Shown piece after piece: positions 1-9,101 of a DNA stretch of 55,645 nt. Source of the DNA: a virus (Duplodnaviria > Caudoviricetes). Made by a program: the position numbers and the translations under genes. The stretch is from positions 1-55,645 of IMG/VR virus record IMGVR_UViG_3300037503_000005; one strand, written 5' to 3'. Under the pieces are notes generated by a model, which worked only from the letters and a program-made list of their open reading frames with translations, was not told the DNA's origin and made no database searches. The first letter of the stretch is position 1; each line of letters opens with the position of its first letter.

Positions 1-127
1 GCTAACGCCGATAAGAAAATCACCCGCCTCAAAAACCTTTGGAGTTGCGCCTAACCGCAACGAGCCATCTTCTTGGGTAAACGCAGCATCACCACCCATG
101 AAGATTTGACCGCTCTTTGATATTGCG
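1..127. repeat. Terminal direct repeat (circular assembly overlap), copy 1
   Basis: 1-127 is identical to 55519-55645 and an ORF reads through the junction. Confidence 0.97.
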
Positions 128-144
128 CCCGCGATTACTGTCAT
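1..144 (-). CDS. 5' part of HslV/proteasome-beta-like Ntn protease (continues at 55518 to 55114; 182 aa in total)
   Basis: ATG at 144 overlaps the upstream TGA (ATGA) and reads MTVIAGAISKSGQIFMGGDAA; Thr follows the initiator Met. Confidence 0.8.
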   Translation of the reverse strand, partial: MTVIAGAISKSGQIFMGGDAAFTQEDGSLRLGATPKVFEAGDFLIGVS

Positions 145-344
145 TTATCCCTCGTCATCACCAGCCCAAACCAGCACGCATCACGGCTCTCCGCCTTAAA
201 CCAATTTGTTGACACGCTCTTGAACTCCCATCCCTGATTAACCAGATCATCTATGGTTACGGCATCACCGATTCGCCTTCTAAAGAATGGATTGACTTCG
301 ATACAACCGTCCGAGTAAAGAAAGGCAATCAAAGTCTCGGTCAT
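141..344 (-). CDS. Hypothetical protein
   Basis: Start and stop overlap both neighbours. Confidence 0.7.
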   Translation of the reverse strand: MTETLIAFLYSDGCIEVNPFFRRRIGDAVTIDDLVNQGWEFKSVSTNWFKAESRDACWFGLVMTRDK

Positions 345-1918
345 TACATCACCTGTGAATCCCCGTTAGCAGGCTGCTCAGAATCAGGAGGCGGTGGAGG
401 CGGATTATCTGTAGACGGCTTCTCTGCCTCTATTTTATCTAACTCTGCCCCAGCATCATCAATGCCTATCCAATTGCGCGCCGTTTCATCGCTAATGAGT
501 GGCCGGTTGTTTTGCCCGCCCGGTTTACGCATCTCCATAACCACCCTTCGCGTCTCCGCATCAGGCACGCCCGCGTCAATCAGGCAATTAAAGTCTGCTC
601 GAAAGCCCAGATACTTCTCACTCTGATTTGAGAGTTGCGCGGCCATCCTAAGTGTCGTCTCAAGCTCCCATCTGCCAGCACCATCAAGGGGTATCTTGGA
701 CTTTCTGAGGCTGCTTTCATACTCCGCTCTGGCTTGCTGGCGGCTCACACTGGACGCTGTTGCGTCTCCCGATATTAGCTTGTGCCTCTGCTGGCATTGC
801 CCCAGGATTGCCGCGTAGTATTGGTTTCTGGTCTCGACAAAGGTCTGTACGGGCGCGGGGTCTGTGATCGTCACGTTTGGGTTGGTGTAGCCTGCGACCT
901 GACCCTTCTCGTTAAAGATCGGCCAACCCATCAGGAAGTTGACCGCCCCGCCGCCCGTCACGTACACACCGTCGGCAACGATTTCCTTAATGCCTGTTGA
1001 CGAGTCCGGGTCTGCTACTTTCTTCTTTTCCTTCGGGGGTTGCGCGTTTGAAACCGCCCGCTCTCTCGCCCCGGCCAGATTGACGTTACGCATCATCATC
1101 GTCAACGCAAGGTTCAAAGCCTTCTGGTTAGATTGCACCTGCGTTGTAATCAAAGCCTTGCGCCGTATCTCGTAAACAAAAAGTCTGCCGCCTAATTTAT
1201 AAGTACCAACATCTTCAGGGTCTCCACGCTCTTTAACTACCCTGAGTTTTGTATCGCCCTTCGCATCCAAATAGGAAAGCTCAAACCCCTTTTCTTTTAC
1301 CTCCGTGCCGTCCTTTGAGTATTCAAAAGAGCAAACGCCTATTTGCGCTTGGGTTTCGGGGTCAGTAAAAACTCCCGCGACATCTGCGGTCAACGTCTCA
1401 CAATATATCAGATCAAGCCCCGCTTTAAGGTTAGGCTGAACGGGAACTTTGCCGTCCCTGCCCTTCGCTCTTTCCACCTTCGCACGGGGGAAGAAGAGAT
1501 GCTTGACGGCGATGCTTTCACACAAGACTATCTCGGCGGCTTTCTGTAGATCACTTAGCCTGTCGCGCTCATTCCACCAATCGGTAAGCTCGGCGTATTC
1601 TTTGTTGTCAATCTTCTCCTTCTTCTTCCCGTCGTCGCTTAAAAAGCTCCAGATAGGCTCGCGGCCAAATATCCCCCCAATATGATTCTCAGTTACTTCA
1701 CCGATAACATTCTCGGAAATAAAGCCCGCCTCAATCATGGCTACGATCTTTACATAGCCCTTCATTCCTTGTGGCGGCATCTCACCAACGAAACCCTCTC
1801 CGCCTTGGTAGTGGTCTCCATCTTTGAACTTCGTGGCCGTGACAGCAACCACAGGGCGGCGCTTGCCGTCGAACAGTTTTTGAACATCCTGATAGGTGTA
1901 TTGGTCAAAGGTTTTCAT
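344..1918 (-). CDS. Portal protein
   Basis: 524 aa directly after TerL; ISDETAR-type C-terminal motif and acidic/Pro-rich tail. Confidence 0.8.
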   Translation of the reverse strand: MKTFDQYTYQDVQKLFDGKRRPVVAVTATKFKDGDHYQGGEGFVGEMPPQGMKGYVKIVAMIEAGFISENVIGEVTENHIGGIFGREPIWSFLSDDGKKKEKIDNKEYAELTDWWNERDRLSDLQKAAEIVLCESIAVKHLFFPRAKVERAKGRDGKVPVQPNLKAGLDLIYCETLTADVAGVFTDPETQAQIGVCSFEYSKDGTEVKEKGFELSYLDAKGDTKLRVVKERGDPEDVGTYKLGGRLFVYEIRRKALITTQVQSNQKALNLALTMMMRNVNLAGARERAVSNAQPPKEKKKVADPDSSTGIKEIVADGVYVTGGGAVNFLMGWPIFNEKGQVAGYTNPNVTITDPAPVQTFVETRNQYYAAILGQCQQRHKLISGDATASSVSRQQARAEYESSLRKSKIPLDGAGRWELETTLRMAAQLSNQSEKYLGFRADFNCLIDAGVPDAETRRVVMEMRKPGGQNNRPLISDETARNWIGIDDAGAELDKIEAEKPSTDNPPPPPPDSEQPANGDSQVM

Positions 1919-3093
1919 TAGTATTCCCTGTAGCCGTAGCTGTAGGCGTTTTCATCTTCAGCATATTTTGGCTCATGTAGCTTGTAGGAAGCGTACCGCC
2001 CACCGTCAATCAAGTGATCGTCAAACTTCACTACTTCATCTAAAATGATGCCGTTCTTATCCGTTTTCCAACTGTACCGCTTGAGTTCACGAATCAGGTT
2101 GACGCTTGATTCATGGACTCTGAGCGGCTTGGATTTAATGAAGTCAATCGTATCCTTGACTACTTTGTAAGCTGGCTCTATCTGAAATCCCGCTCTGCGA
2201 ATCTCTTCAATAGTCTTGGGCTCTGCCGAATCCGCAATGATCCTGCCCTTCCTCAACTCAGGAAAAGTTTTCAACTGTTCAATCAAATCAGCCGTCGTCA
2301 ATTTCGTCTGGTACAGCATCTCCCGCCAGAATAGATTGCCGTCATAGAGGATGGTTTCAGTTAAAGCGGATGGGTTGTTATAGCCGAAGTCCAGACCATA
2401 AGCCCGCTCGCCTTTATCGTACGGATATTCAACTTCCGTGGTGGTTTTCCAATGAGTGAAAATCCGGGTAGTGCCGGAAGCTATCTCACCCAAGCCATAG
2501 ATTTTCCAGTAATCATCATCGGCATCTTTCAGGCGTTCGATTTCATTAACAAGGGACGCCTCAAGAAACGGATTATCCTTGTAGGTTGTAACAGCAAGCT
2601 CGCAATCATCCCTGGTTTCTACGTCATCATAAATCCAAGAGAAAGCCTCGGATGGGTTGTAGTCAAGGATGATTTTATCTGTTGTTCTGAGGGCTAATTG
2701 ACGAAACGATTCAAGATTATTTTCGTTGGCTTCGTTTAGAAACAGGACGTTGCGCTTCCGACCTCTGACACGTTCGGATTCATCTACCCCGATGAACTCA
2801 AAAAGGTTTTTCCCTAGCTGATACTCATTGCTGGTCTTATTGTGCTTCGACGGCTGGTATATATTTAGTTCGTTAAGGATCATCAGGAAGTCGCGCATTG
2901 CGGACGCCCTGAGCGCTGGCATTGTATTGCGAGCGATGGTGCATACCTGATTCTCTGCCACCTTCGCCCAGACCAGAATCAGAAACAGCAATGCGTTATA
3001 GGTTTTGCCCGAACGTGTACCACCCCGCAAACTGGTGATGCGCCTCTGAGAGTTTCTGAGAACTCGAAACACTTTATTCGTTCGGACTTTCAT
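1918..3093 (-). CDS. terL: Terminase large subunit (PBSX/SPP1-like)
   Basis: GGTRSGKT Walker A, LFLNEA Walker B, DYNP, GLDFGY, DSAEP, DDHLID nuclease motifs. Confidence 0.96.
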   Translation of the reverse strand: MKVRTNKVFRVLRNSQRRITSLRGGTRSGKTYNALLFLILVWAKVAENQVCTIARNTMPALRASAMRDFLMILNELNIYQPSKHNKTSNEYQLGKNLFEFIGVDESERVRGRKRNVLFLNEANENNLESFRQLALRTTDKIILDYNPSEAFSWIYDDVETRDDCELAVTTYKDNPFLEASLVNEIERLKDADDDYWKIYGLGEIASGTTRIFTHWKTTTEVEYPYDKGERAYGLDFGYNNPSALTETILYDGNLFWREMLYQTKLTTADLIEQLKTFPELRKGRIIADSAEPKTIEEIRRAGFQIEPAYKVVKDTIDFIKSKPLRVHESSVNLIRELKRYSWKTDKNGIILDEVVKFDDHLIDGGRYASYKLHEPKYAEDENAYSYGYREY

Positions 3094-3631
3094 TGCTATC
3101 AACTATCTCGACCGTGATGTGCTGGAATAAATCAGCCCCGTCTTTTCCAGTGTGCTCATGCTTCTCTGACCACTCGCCCAATTCAATAGCCGCCTGCTTT
3201 TCATGCTCTCTCAGCTCACGTAAAAGCCCAGTATCCACTGCATACTCTTCAACAACCTGAAAATCTTCACCTTTGCCGATGCCCTTTACCTGCCTCACCA
3301 ATAGGCCGGTATTGCCGCCTGTAGACACTTGGGCGTAAACCTGAGCCCTTTGCTTGATTACGTTCGTCATGCGCTCACAGCGGTCATTAAGGGCATCAAG
3401 GCGGTTCTGTTTCTCCCGTATGCCTTTGGCTACTAACTTCGCCCGGATTTCCTCAATGATCTTCTCAACGCGGGACTGAAAATCAGGGTGTAGCTTCCAC
3501 CGCGCTAAGGTTCGGCGCTCAACCCCTACGCTCTTGGCTATCTCCTCATCACTAAGTCTGTCCTGAGCAACAAGTAACGCGGCCTCCTCACGTTTGGCAT
3601 TCCATTCAAATTTTGTGACATTTTGTGACAT
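3074..3631 (-). CDS. terS: Terminase small subunit (N-terminal HTH)
   Basis: EIAKSVGVERRTLARW HTH, EHTGKDG C-terminal motif, lies upstream of and overlaps terL. Confidence 0.85.
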   Translation of the reverse strand: MSQNVTKFEWNAKREEAALLVAQDRLSDEEIAKSVGVERRTLARWKLHPDFQSRVEKIIEEIRAKLVAKGIREKQNRLDALNDRCERMTNVIKQRAQVYAQVSTGGNTGLLVRQVKGIGKGEDFQVVEEYAVDTGLLRELREHEKQAAIELGEWSEKHEHTGKDGADLFQHITVEIVDSNESPNE

Positions 3632-3633
3632 TT
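3610..3633. repeat. 10-bp tandem repeat (ATTTTGTGAC)x2 over the terS start
   Basis: Seen directly. Confidence 0.7.
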
Positions 3634-3642
3634 AATCCTTAC

Positions 3643-3756
3643 TCACGCCTCTCTTATCCTCACCATCGACCAGTCCATGTGTCTCAGTATCTGATGAACC
3701 AATATTCTTAGTTCTGAATGAGAATGGAATTTACACAGCGTACAATTTAGGGTCAT
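3643..3756 (-). CDS. Putative 37-aa C2H2-like zinc-finger microprotein
   Basis: MTLNCTLCKFHSHSELRILVHQILRH = C-x2-C-x12-H-x4-H; fills the intergenic gap; weak RBS. Confidence 0.45.
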   Translation of the reverse strand: MTLNCTLCKFHSHSELRILVHQILRHMDWSMVRIREA

Positions 3757-3787
3757 ACGACCAGCGATTGTTCCACGTTGTTGAGTT

Positions 3788-3979
3788 TCAAAAGTCATAC
3801 GTGCTGAATGCTTCACCATCAGGCATCAACCTGTTCTCTATAAGCCGACTATCGTCGCGCTCACTTTTCTTTTCCTTCCTCAAACATTTCAAACAGATAA
3901 ACCTTGGTGGCTCACCCTTATCTCGAATACGTGTCACCTGGATACGTGAGCCGCACTTATGGCAGGGAAATTTACGCAT
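3788..3979 (-). CDS. Zinc-ribbon protein
   Basis: CHKC...CLKC; abuts the upstream gene. Confidence 0.7.
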   Translation of the reverse strand: MRKFPCHKCGSRIQVTRIRDKGEPPRFICLKCLRKEKKSERDDSRLIENRLMPDGEAFSTYDF

Positions 3980-4381
3980 CTAGCCCTCTGCCTCAATGCC
4001 AAGCCACTTAGCCACACTTTTTGGCGTCGGCACGTCCGGCTTGCGGAAATACATCTCAACCCCATCCCTCTGTAGCAGCGTGCTTTTCTCCACGTCCTCA
4101 CTGAAGGCCGTAAAAGCGGCCAGTCGCATCACATGGGGTCTGTCCATCTTCGACTCCCACAGTCTCACGGTTTGCGAGATGGTGAACCCGTCCATCCTCG
4201 GCAGCGCACAGTCAAAAATCAAAGCATCAAAAGGATCATCCTCAAGGTAAGCTTCCAAGATCATCTTCAGCGCCGCGAAAGCATTAGAGGCTAAGCGCGC
4301 ATCAAATCTTGACTTGCCGTACAGTGTACGGAGCAGCAGAGCCAACCCGTCGTCATCGTCAACTATCAAAATCTTCGTCAT
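3980..4381 (-). CDS. Stand-alone response-regulator receiver (CheY-like) domain
   Basis: KILIVDDD, IFDCALPRMDG (phosphoacceptor Asp), FTA, RKP; start at MTKIL. Confidence 0.9.
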   Translation of the reverse strand: MTKILIVDDDDGLALLLRTLYGKSRFDARLASNAFAALKMILEAYLEDDPFDALIFDCALPRMDGFTISQTVRLWESKMDRPHVMRLAAFTAFSEDVEKSTLLQRDGVEMYFRKPDVPTPKSVAKWLGIEAEG

Positions 4382-4781
4382 GGAGTGCGATGTCTTTGGG
4401 CGGATCAAATCTATGCCCGGTTGCCTCACTGTAGGCACGCTCAAGGGCGCTGTTGTACCGGCGTAAGCGGCGGCGGCTGGCGTGCAGTTCAAGGATGCTT
4501 TGGGTTGCGTTGTTGAGCTTGTCCTCATTTATCTTGCTCTGTTCCCGGTACTGGTCACGTTCCTTAATGGCCGTGTCCCTCTCCTTCTCTACTTCTGCAA
4601 TTTTCTCCTTACGTGTCTGCGCCAGATTCTGGGATTCCGTCACCGACTCTCTGAGCGCGACCGTATTCTTTCCCTTGATGACGTACCAGACGAACGCCGA
4701 GAGCGCCGCCAGTAAAGTAAGGGCGCTTGAAATATAACCGATGACTTTTGCGGTCTGCTCAACGTCCACATATGCAAGCAT
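4359..4781 (-). CDS. Membrane-anchored coiled-coil protein (lysis cassette)
   Basis: One N-terminal TM segment followed by an E/K/R-rich coiled coil. Confidence 0.7.
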   Translation of the reverse strand: MLAYVDVEQTAKVIGYISSALTLLAALSAFVWYVIKGKNTVALRESVTESQNLAQTRKEKIAEVEKERDTAIKERDQYREQSKINEDKLNNATQSILELHASRRRLRRYNSALERAYSEATGHRFDPPKDIALHDEDFDS

Positions 4782-4788
4782 GGCGCTG

Positions 4789-5001
4789 CTATTGTTTAGC
4801 CTCTAGTCTATCCATTCTGCGTTCCAGCGACTCAATTCTTCGTCCCCGTTCGTCTAAAAGAGCGTCGTAGCGAGCCCGCGCACGAGAATCCAGAAAGTTG
4901 AGACTAAGGTTGAGCGCGGCCAGTAGCACAAGAAGCCCCAGTACGAAACAGGCCGCGTAAAAGAACCACTTTGGCAACCTTACTTGTTCCCTCTCTTCCA
5001 A
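4789..5001 (-). CDS. Small membrane protein, i-spanin-like
   Basis: TM segment then short coiled coil; GGAGG RBS. Confidence 0.55.
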   Translation of the reverse strand: MEEREQVRLPKWFFYAACFVLGLLVLLAALNLSLNFLDSRARARYDALLDERGRRIESLERRMDRLEAKQ

Positions 5002-5145
5002 AGTCTTTCACCTCCAATCTGTCTAAGGTTTGTAACGATGTGCTATTCTCCGCATCACGTCGTTACGCTCCTTGGGTAGCGTGGCGACCAGGGGCTGGCG
5101 GTTGTTCCTAGGCTTCCGTCAGTCCCGCTCCGATTTCCCCTTGCC

Positions 5146-5574
5146 CTAATGCTTCATCAGCAATTCCAAACGCCTCAAATCCCCATCCCTCATGACCGGC
5201 CTTGCCGACACCCGCCGTATCGACTCTGCGCCCTCTATCCCCATCAGAGATTTAGAAACCTCCACGACTTCATCTATCCACTTCTGAGCGTCCGAGTTAC
5301 TGACTCTGAACACGTGACGGGCTTCTAAATCCAGAAATGTCTCAACTACTAATCCCCACTTTTCCTGAGTAGGGTTTTGCCGGTACTCGCGAAGCTTGGA
5401 AGATGCCAGTCGAAGGGCGTCTGTGATGCGCTCGTTATCTTCACCCGAGAGGTTGAAGCGGGAGAGAACAAGAGGCGCGGCGTCCAAAGCCAAAACCACA
5501 CGGTCTAGTTTTGATTGACCGCAAGCTATCAGAGCGATACAGAGGATGATGGGTAAAAGCTTTTTCAGATTCAT
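5146..5574 (-). CDS. Lipoprotein (possible o-spanin)
   Basis: Signal peptide with LIAC lipobox. Confidence 0.7.
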   Translation of the reverse strand: MNLKKLLPIILCIALIACGQSKLDRVVLALDAAPLVLSRFNLSGEDNERITDALRLASSKLREYRQNPTQEKWGLVVETFLDLEARHVFRVSNSDAQKWIDEVVEVSKSLMGIEGAESIRRVSARPVMRDGDLRRLELLMKH

Positions 5575-5585
5575 TGGATGACTCC

Positions 5586-5981
5586 CTATGCGTAGAATGT
5601 TGGAATCGGTGGTACGCGCGCAGGACGCATACCGCTAACGACTGACGGATCGCCTTCGCCCGTCATACCATTTCTTAGCGCGTGCTCTGTGATTACTTCC
5701 ATCGGAACGAATTCAGCCAAGAACATGAAAAGCTTCTCGACATATCCGGCAATCGCCCGCGCCTCAATCGGCTCTACTTCACCGTTGGCTATTTTGTTGG
5801 CAAGACTCTGCGCGGCGTCCCTCTTACTGACGGCAGCGCCGAAGTCCTTCACGGCGTCACTTTCCGGTTGAGGGTCGTGCAGGACGGGTAAGCCGCACTC
5901 AGAGCATGGGTACTCACCGGTTTGCCCCGTACTGACCTGACCACACTTTGAGCAAGACTCGTTAATGATTCCCTTTGACAT
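5586..5981 (-). CDS. Zinc-finger hypothetical protein
   Basis: CSKC...CSEC; AAGGAG RBS. Confidence 0.7.
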   Translation of the reverse strand: MSKGIINESCSKCGQVSTGQTGEYPCSECGLPVLHDPQPESDAVKDFGAAVSKRDAAQSLANKIANGEVEPIEARAIAGYVEKLFMFLAEFVPMEVITEHALRNGMTGEGDPSVVSGMRPARVPPIPTFYA

Positions 5982-6230
5982 GCTTTCTCCTTATGCCGTC
6001 CACAGACAGACAAGTTTGCGCAACCGAACACGACAAGAGAGAGGGCTGCAAAAAATGATCTGCATGGTTTGATAAAGCTGATGCCTCATTTCTTCGTCCA
6101 TTCGTCCATCTTCAAAGGCTTCATACCCAACTTCTTTCGCACCATTTCCAGCTTTTCATCTAAAGCAATCTGGCGCTCGACTATTTCAAGCTGTCGCGCT
6201 TCGATTTCAAGTTGCTTCTCCCATGCCTCG

Positions 6231-6536
6231 TCAACTTTTGGAGTTCGGGTAAATATCCCCCTTCTCGCTGTTCATGGCGACATCCAGAGCAGTTGGGCTT
6301 GCACCCTTCGGCAATTCCAGGGCGGTGACAACCTTTCGCCTGACGTACCATTGATATGCGGCCGTCCACACGGCACTCGCGCCAATTAGAAGTAGCCCCA
6401 CGGCTTCATCCATATAGGTAGAAGCAAAGCTGTCGGCTGAAGTGGTCAACATGCCGTGGGTAATCAGGAACGTCCCAATGATAGCCAGACCTTTGCGAGC
6501 AAAAGCCTTAAGCATGAATCTCTGTAGGTCACTCAT
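6231..6536 (-). CDS. Putative holin
   Basis: 101 aa, two hydrophobic segments, basic RRK after the second; near PG-binding and lipoprotein genes. Confidence 0.65.
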   Translation of the reverse strand: MSDLQRFMLKAFARKGLAIIGTFLITHGMLTTSADSFASTYMDEAVGLLLIGASAVWTAAYQWYVRRKVVTALELPKGASPTALDVAMNSEKGDIYPNSKS

Positions 6537-6547
6537 TGAATCACCCC

Positions 6548-6772
6548 TTACCTGTTTTTCTTACGGGAATTCTTCGCCATCTGCCTGCGTGCCTTACGTC
6601 GCTGTGCCGCCCAACGTGATAGCTTCCCGCCAGAGGTGAGCGACACGTAAGCCTCGTCCCTACCCTGAAGGACTCGCCGCGCCGCGCCCTGCAATTCATC
6701 GGGTAGCACCTCATACCCAGGCTGTAGGTTCGTAACCGCCAGATTTACCAAGTGTCCTGTATTCGGAGCCAT
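6548..6772 (-). CDS. Hypothetical protein
   Basis: Packs in operon; RRQMAKNSRKKNR basic tail. Confidence 0.7.
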   Translation of the reverse strand: MAPNTGHLVNLAVTNLQPGYEVLPDELQGAARRVLQGRDEAYVSLTSGGKLSRWAAQRRKARRQMAKNSRKKNR

Positions 6773-6779
6773 TTTCTTT

Positions 6780-7061
6780 TCATCCTTTCTCGTTCAAAGT
6801 TTCGCCCAAAGCTTCCCACGTCTCAGCATCACAAATCCCCGAAGGATTTAATTCCTCATCTTCCTGAAAGAGTCTGAGACTCGCCAGCGTGTTGTGATCG
6901 AAGCGCCCCGTTATCTCGTCCATCCTCATCAATCCCCGTTCAGCCAAAAGCCGCTGCATCAGCTTGACCTCTTCGCCGTAGTCGTGAAGTCTGAGCAGAG
7001 GGCGCATTGCTGGCTCTCCTGTGCCCTGTGGCGCTTCCCCTTTGGGTGGTGGTATGGTCAT
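6780..7061 (-). CDS. Stand-alone peptidoglycan-binding (PG_binding_1-like) protein
   Basis: G.EVKLMQ.LL...G.FD..T..SL..FQ....L..SGI.D.ETW.AL pattern. Confidence 0.85.
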   Translation of the reverse strand: MTIPPPKGEAPQGTGEPAMRPLLRLHDYGEEVKLMQRLLAERGLMRMDEITGRFDHNTLASLRLFQEDEELNPSGICDAETWEALGETLNEKG

Positions 7062-7140
7062 GTCTGCCTTAAATGCGAAACGCCCGCCTCACCATTCCCT
7101 GTGGAACAGCAAGACGGGCGGAATTAGTCAAAGCTAATTT

Positions 7141-7347
7141 CTAAAGCTCGTCGGTCTCTATTATCAAGCCTAAAAGTTTATCTATATCGTCTGCCCACTC
7201 TGCCATCGTTTTAGCGTTAAGCTGGATGTTAAGAGCGGCACGTTTGAAGCCACGAACTTTAGCACGTAGGCGCGTGGCATCTTCAAGGCCAATCTTAACA
7301 TAATCGCCCTGCTCACTGTTAGGCTTTTCTAGTGTGTTTGCGCTCAC
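7141..7347 (-). CDS. Hypothetical protein
   Basis: Overlapping start/stop packing. Confidence 0.6.
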   Translation of the reverse strand: MSANTLEKPNSEQGDYVKIGLEDATRLRAKVRGFKRAALNIQLNAKTMAEWADDIDKLLGLIIETDEL

Positions 7348-7571
7348 CGCGTTTTCCTCTGCCTCATCAGGAACATCATCATGCCGAATATCATGTCGCC
7401 CCAGTTGTGGCGTATCCGTAGCTTCAAGGCCATATCAGCAATCAGGGCGTTTTTAACAGCCAGATCGCCTTTGACTACATCGTATTTGCGTTGCAACTTC
7501 GCAAGAGCCTTTGTCTGGTTACGTTCCCTGCGCTGCATCCGCTCTATTTCCTGTATGAGATAATTCGCCAT
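7344..7571 (-). CDS. Hypothetical coiled-coil protein
   Basis: Operon packing. Confidence 0.6.
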   Translation of the reverse strand: MANYLIQEIERMQRRERNQTKALAKLQRKYDVVKGDLAVKNALIADMALKLRIRHNWGDMIFGMMMFLMRQRKTR

Positions 7572-7842
7572 CGCCGTTTAGCCTCTCTCCGTGAAATATG
7601 ACGGGCATACCACGTTTGTTTGATAACATCGCGCGGTACTCTTCCAGCGTCATATCGCCTTTCTCTTGATTACAATTCCAACATGCCGGAACAACATTCT
7701 CAGGCGCGCGAGTACCACCCTGCCTGCGTGGTATTTTATGATCCAACGACATGCGGGCTCTATACTTCGACTTGCCGCAGTAAAAGCAGAAGTCACCGCA
7801 TCTTGAATAGGCTCGCTTTCGATGTCCTTTGCTGCTTCCCAT
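7519..7842 (-). CDS. HNH endonuclease
   Basis: CFYCG...DHKIPRRQGG...NVVPACWNCNQEK. Confidence 0.9.
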   Translation of the reverse strand: MGSSKGHRKRAYSRCGDFCFYCGKSKYRARMSLDHKIPRRQGGTRAPENVVPACWNCNQEKGDMTLEEYRAMLSNKRGMPVIFHGERLNGDGELSHTGNRADAAQGT

Positions 7843-8012
7843 AAATCAGCACTCAATTCACATAGACCGCCAAAGGCGGCGTCCCTCGTCAAGATTAAGA
7901 ATGTGGGTTCTGTGCTTCATTAACTTTCATCACGTGTCCACCTCTTTTCTGTTCGGGGGCGGTCGGTCAGCCCGTTTCAGGTTAAGCGGGAAAACTACAA
8001 GAGCCTTTCTGT

Positions 8013-8210
8013 CTACTGAGCTTTCGCGGTCTCAACCGCCCCACTCTCGGAAGCCTTTTTACATTCGCTGCAACTGTAAAACCAGAAGCCGTGCGGGCAA
8101 ATGTATTGGTCTTTACCGATACCCCGCCTGCCGACCACGTCCGTATCACAATCTTTCGAGTAACGGTGCGCCTGCTTATGCTTGGCACACCAACCACACT
8201 TGAGACACAT
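8013..8210 (-). CDS. Cys-rich zinc-binding protein
   Basis: CLKCGWC, CPHG...CSEC; RBS present. Confidence 0.6.
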   Translation of the reverse strand: MCLKCGWCAKHKQAHRYSKDCDTDVVGRRGIGKDQYICPHGFWFYSCSECKKASESGAVETAKAQ

Positions 8211-8220
8211 AATTCCCCTT

Positions 8221-8421
8221 TCACATGGTCAAGAATCGTTCATCTTCGACTACGAGGTGCGGATATACTTCGCGGAAACAGTCATCACAAATAACATCGC
8301 AATCGTCAAGAGGCACGTCTGGAAAATGTTCTTGCTTTTCAGCCACTGCTTCCGCGTCGCTTCGTCCTTTCTCAATGGTTGAAAAACATCTAGCGCAAAC
8401 ATAAAAAGATGATTCAGCCAT
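8221..8421 (-). CDS. Zinc-finger protein
   Basis: CARC...CDDC. Confidence 0.65.
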   Translation of the reverse strand: MAESSFYVCARCFSTIEKGRSDAEAVAEKQEHFPDVPLDDCDVICDDCFREVYPHLVVEDERFLTM

Positions 8422-8856
8422 CTATTTCTCTCCCTTCAAAGCACGCGAAACAAACCCCAGCGCCTTGCCGTTTTCTACGGTCTTAGCCGTGATGAGCAGG
8501 ACTGTGTAACCCATCAGCGATGCCTCCGTGTGCTTCTCATAATCATTCTCAAGTCCCTTCGTAGTAGCGTGTCCTAGCTTGCCCTTCGTATAAATCCCGC
8601 CCTGATAATCGGCAACAAGGTTAGGCTTCCAGTAGAAGTCATAGCGCCATTTTCTTGTCGGGTGAAACTTGAACTCGGTTTTTGGCTTAGGCAGTCCGCA
8701 AAGTTTTAGCTGTCTCAGAAACTGCGCCTTGTAATCGGTCTTAGGTGTTGGCGGACGGACTCTTGCCTGTGAGCCGTACCGCTCCCGAAAAGCTTTCGAT
8801 GTCATACGCTCTTGTGGCATCCGTCCTGTTGCCGCCTCTGCATCAGCCGCACCCAC
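8422..8856 (-). CDS. PD-(D/E)XK-like endonuclease (Vsr/DUF559-like)
   Basis: EFKFHPTRKWRYDF, D.QGG, DYEK...A...GY motifs. Confidence 0.8.
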   Translation of the reverse strand: MGAADAEAATGRMPQERMTSKAFRERYGSQARVRPPTPKTDYKAQFLRQLKLCGLPKPKTEFKFHPTRKWRYDFYWKPNLVADYQGGIYTKGKLGHATTKGLENDYEKHTEASLMGYTVLLITAKTVENGKALGFVSRALKGEK

Positions 8857-8897
8857 TCTGGCGACCCACAGGAGCAGGGAAGTCGCGACGTGCTGCT

Positions 8898-9101
8898 TTA
8901 CGAACCCTGCTTATGAAGCTTTTCAACTGCCGTCTCAACATCAATCACATTTGAATTGAGATGCCCTAACTCATCTCGTATATCAAGCAAGACCTCCAGT
9001 TGTGCCTCAGCCAGAGAAAGCAATTTATTTGAAACGGTCGGATAACCGTCAGAAATAATATTTGCCACGTCGTTTTCAATTTCAGCTCTGTCTCTCATCA
9101 C
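8898..9101 (-). CDS. Hypothetical protein
   Basis: Operon packing; LEVLLDIRD. Confidence 0.6.
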   Translation of the reverse strand: MMRDRAEIENDVANIISDGYPTVSNKLLSLAEAQLEVLLDIRDELGHLNSNVIDVETAVEKLHKQGS

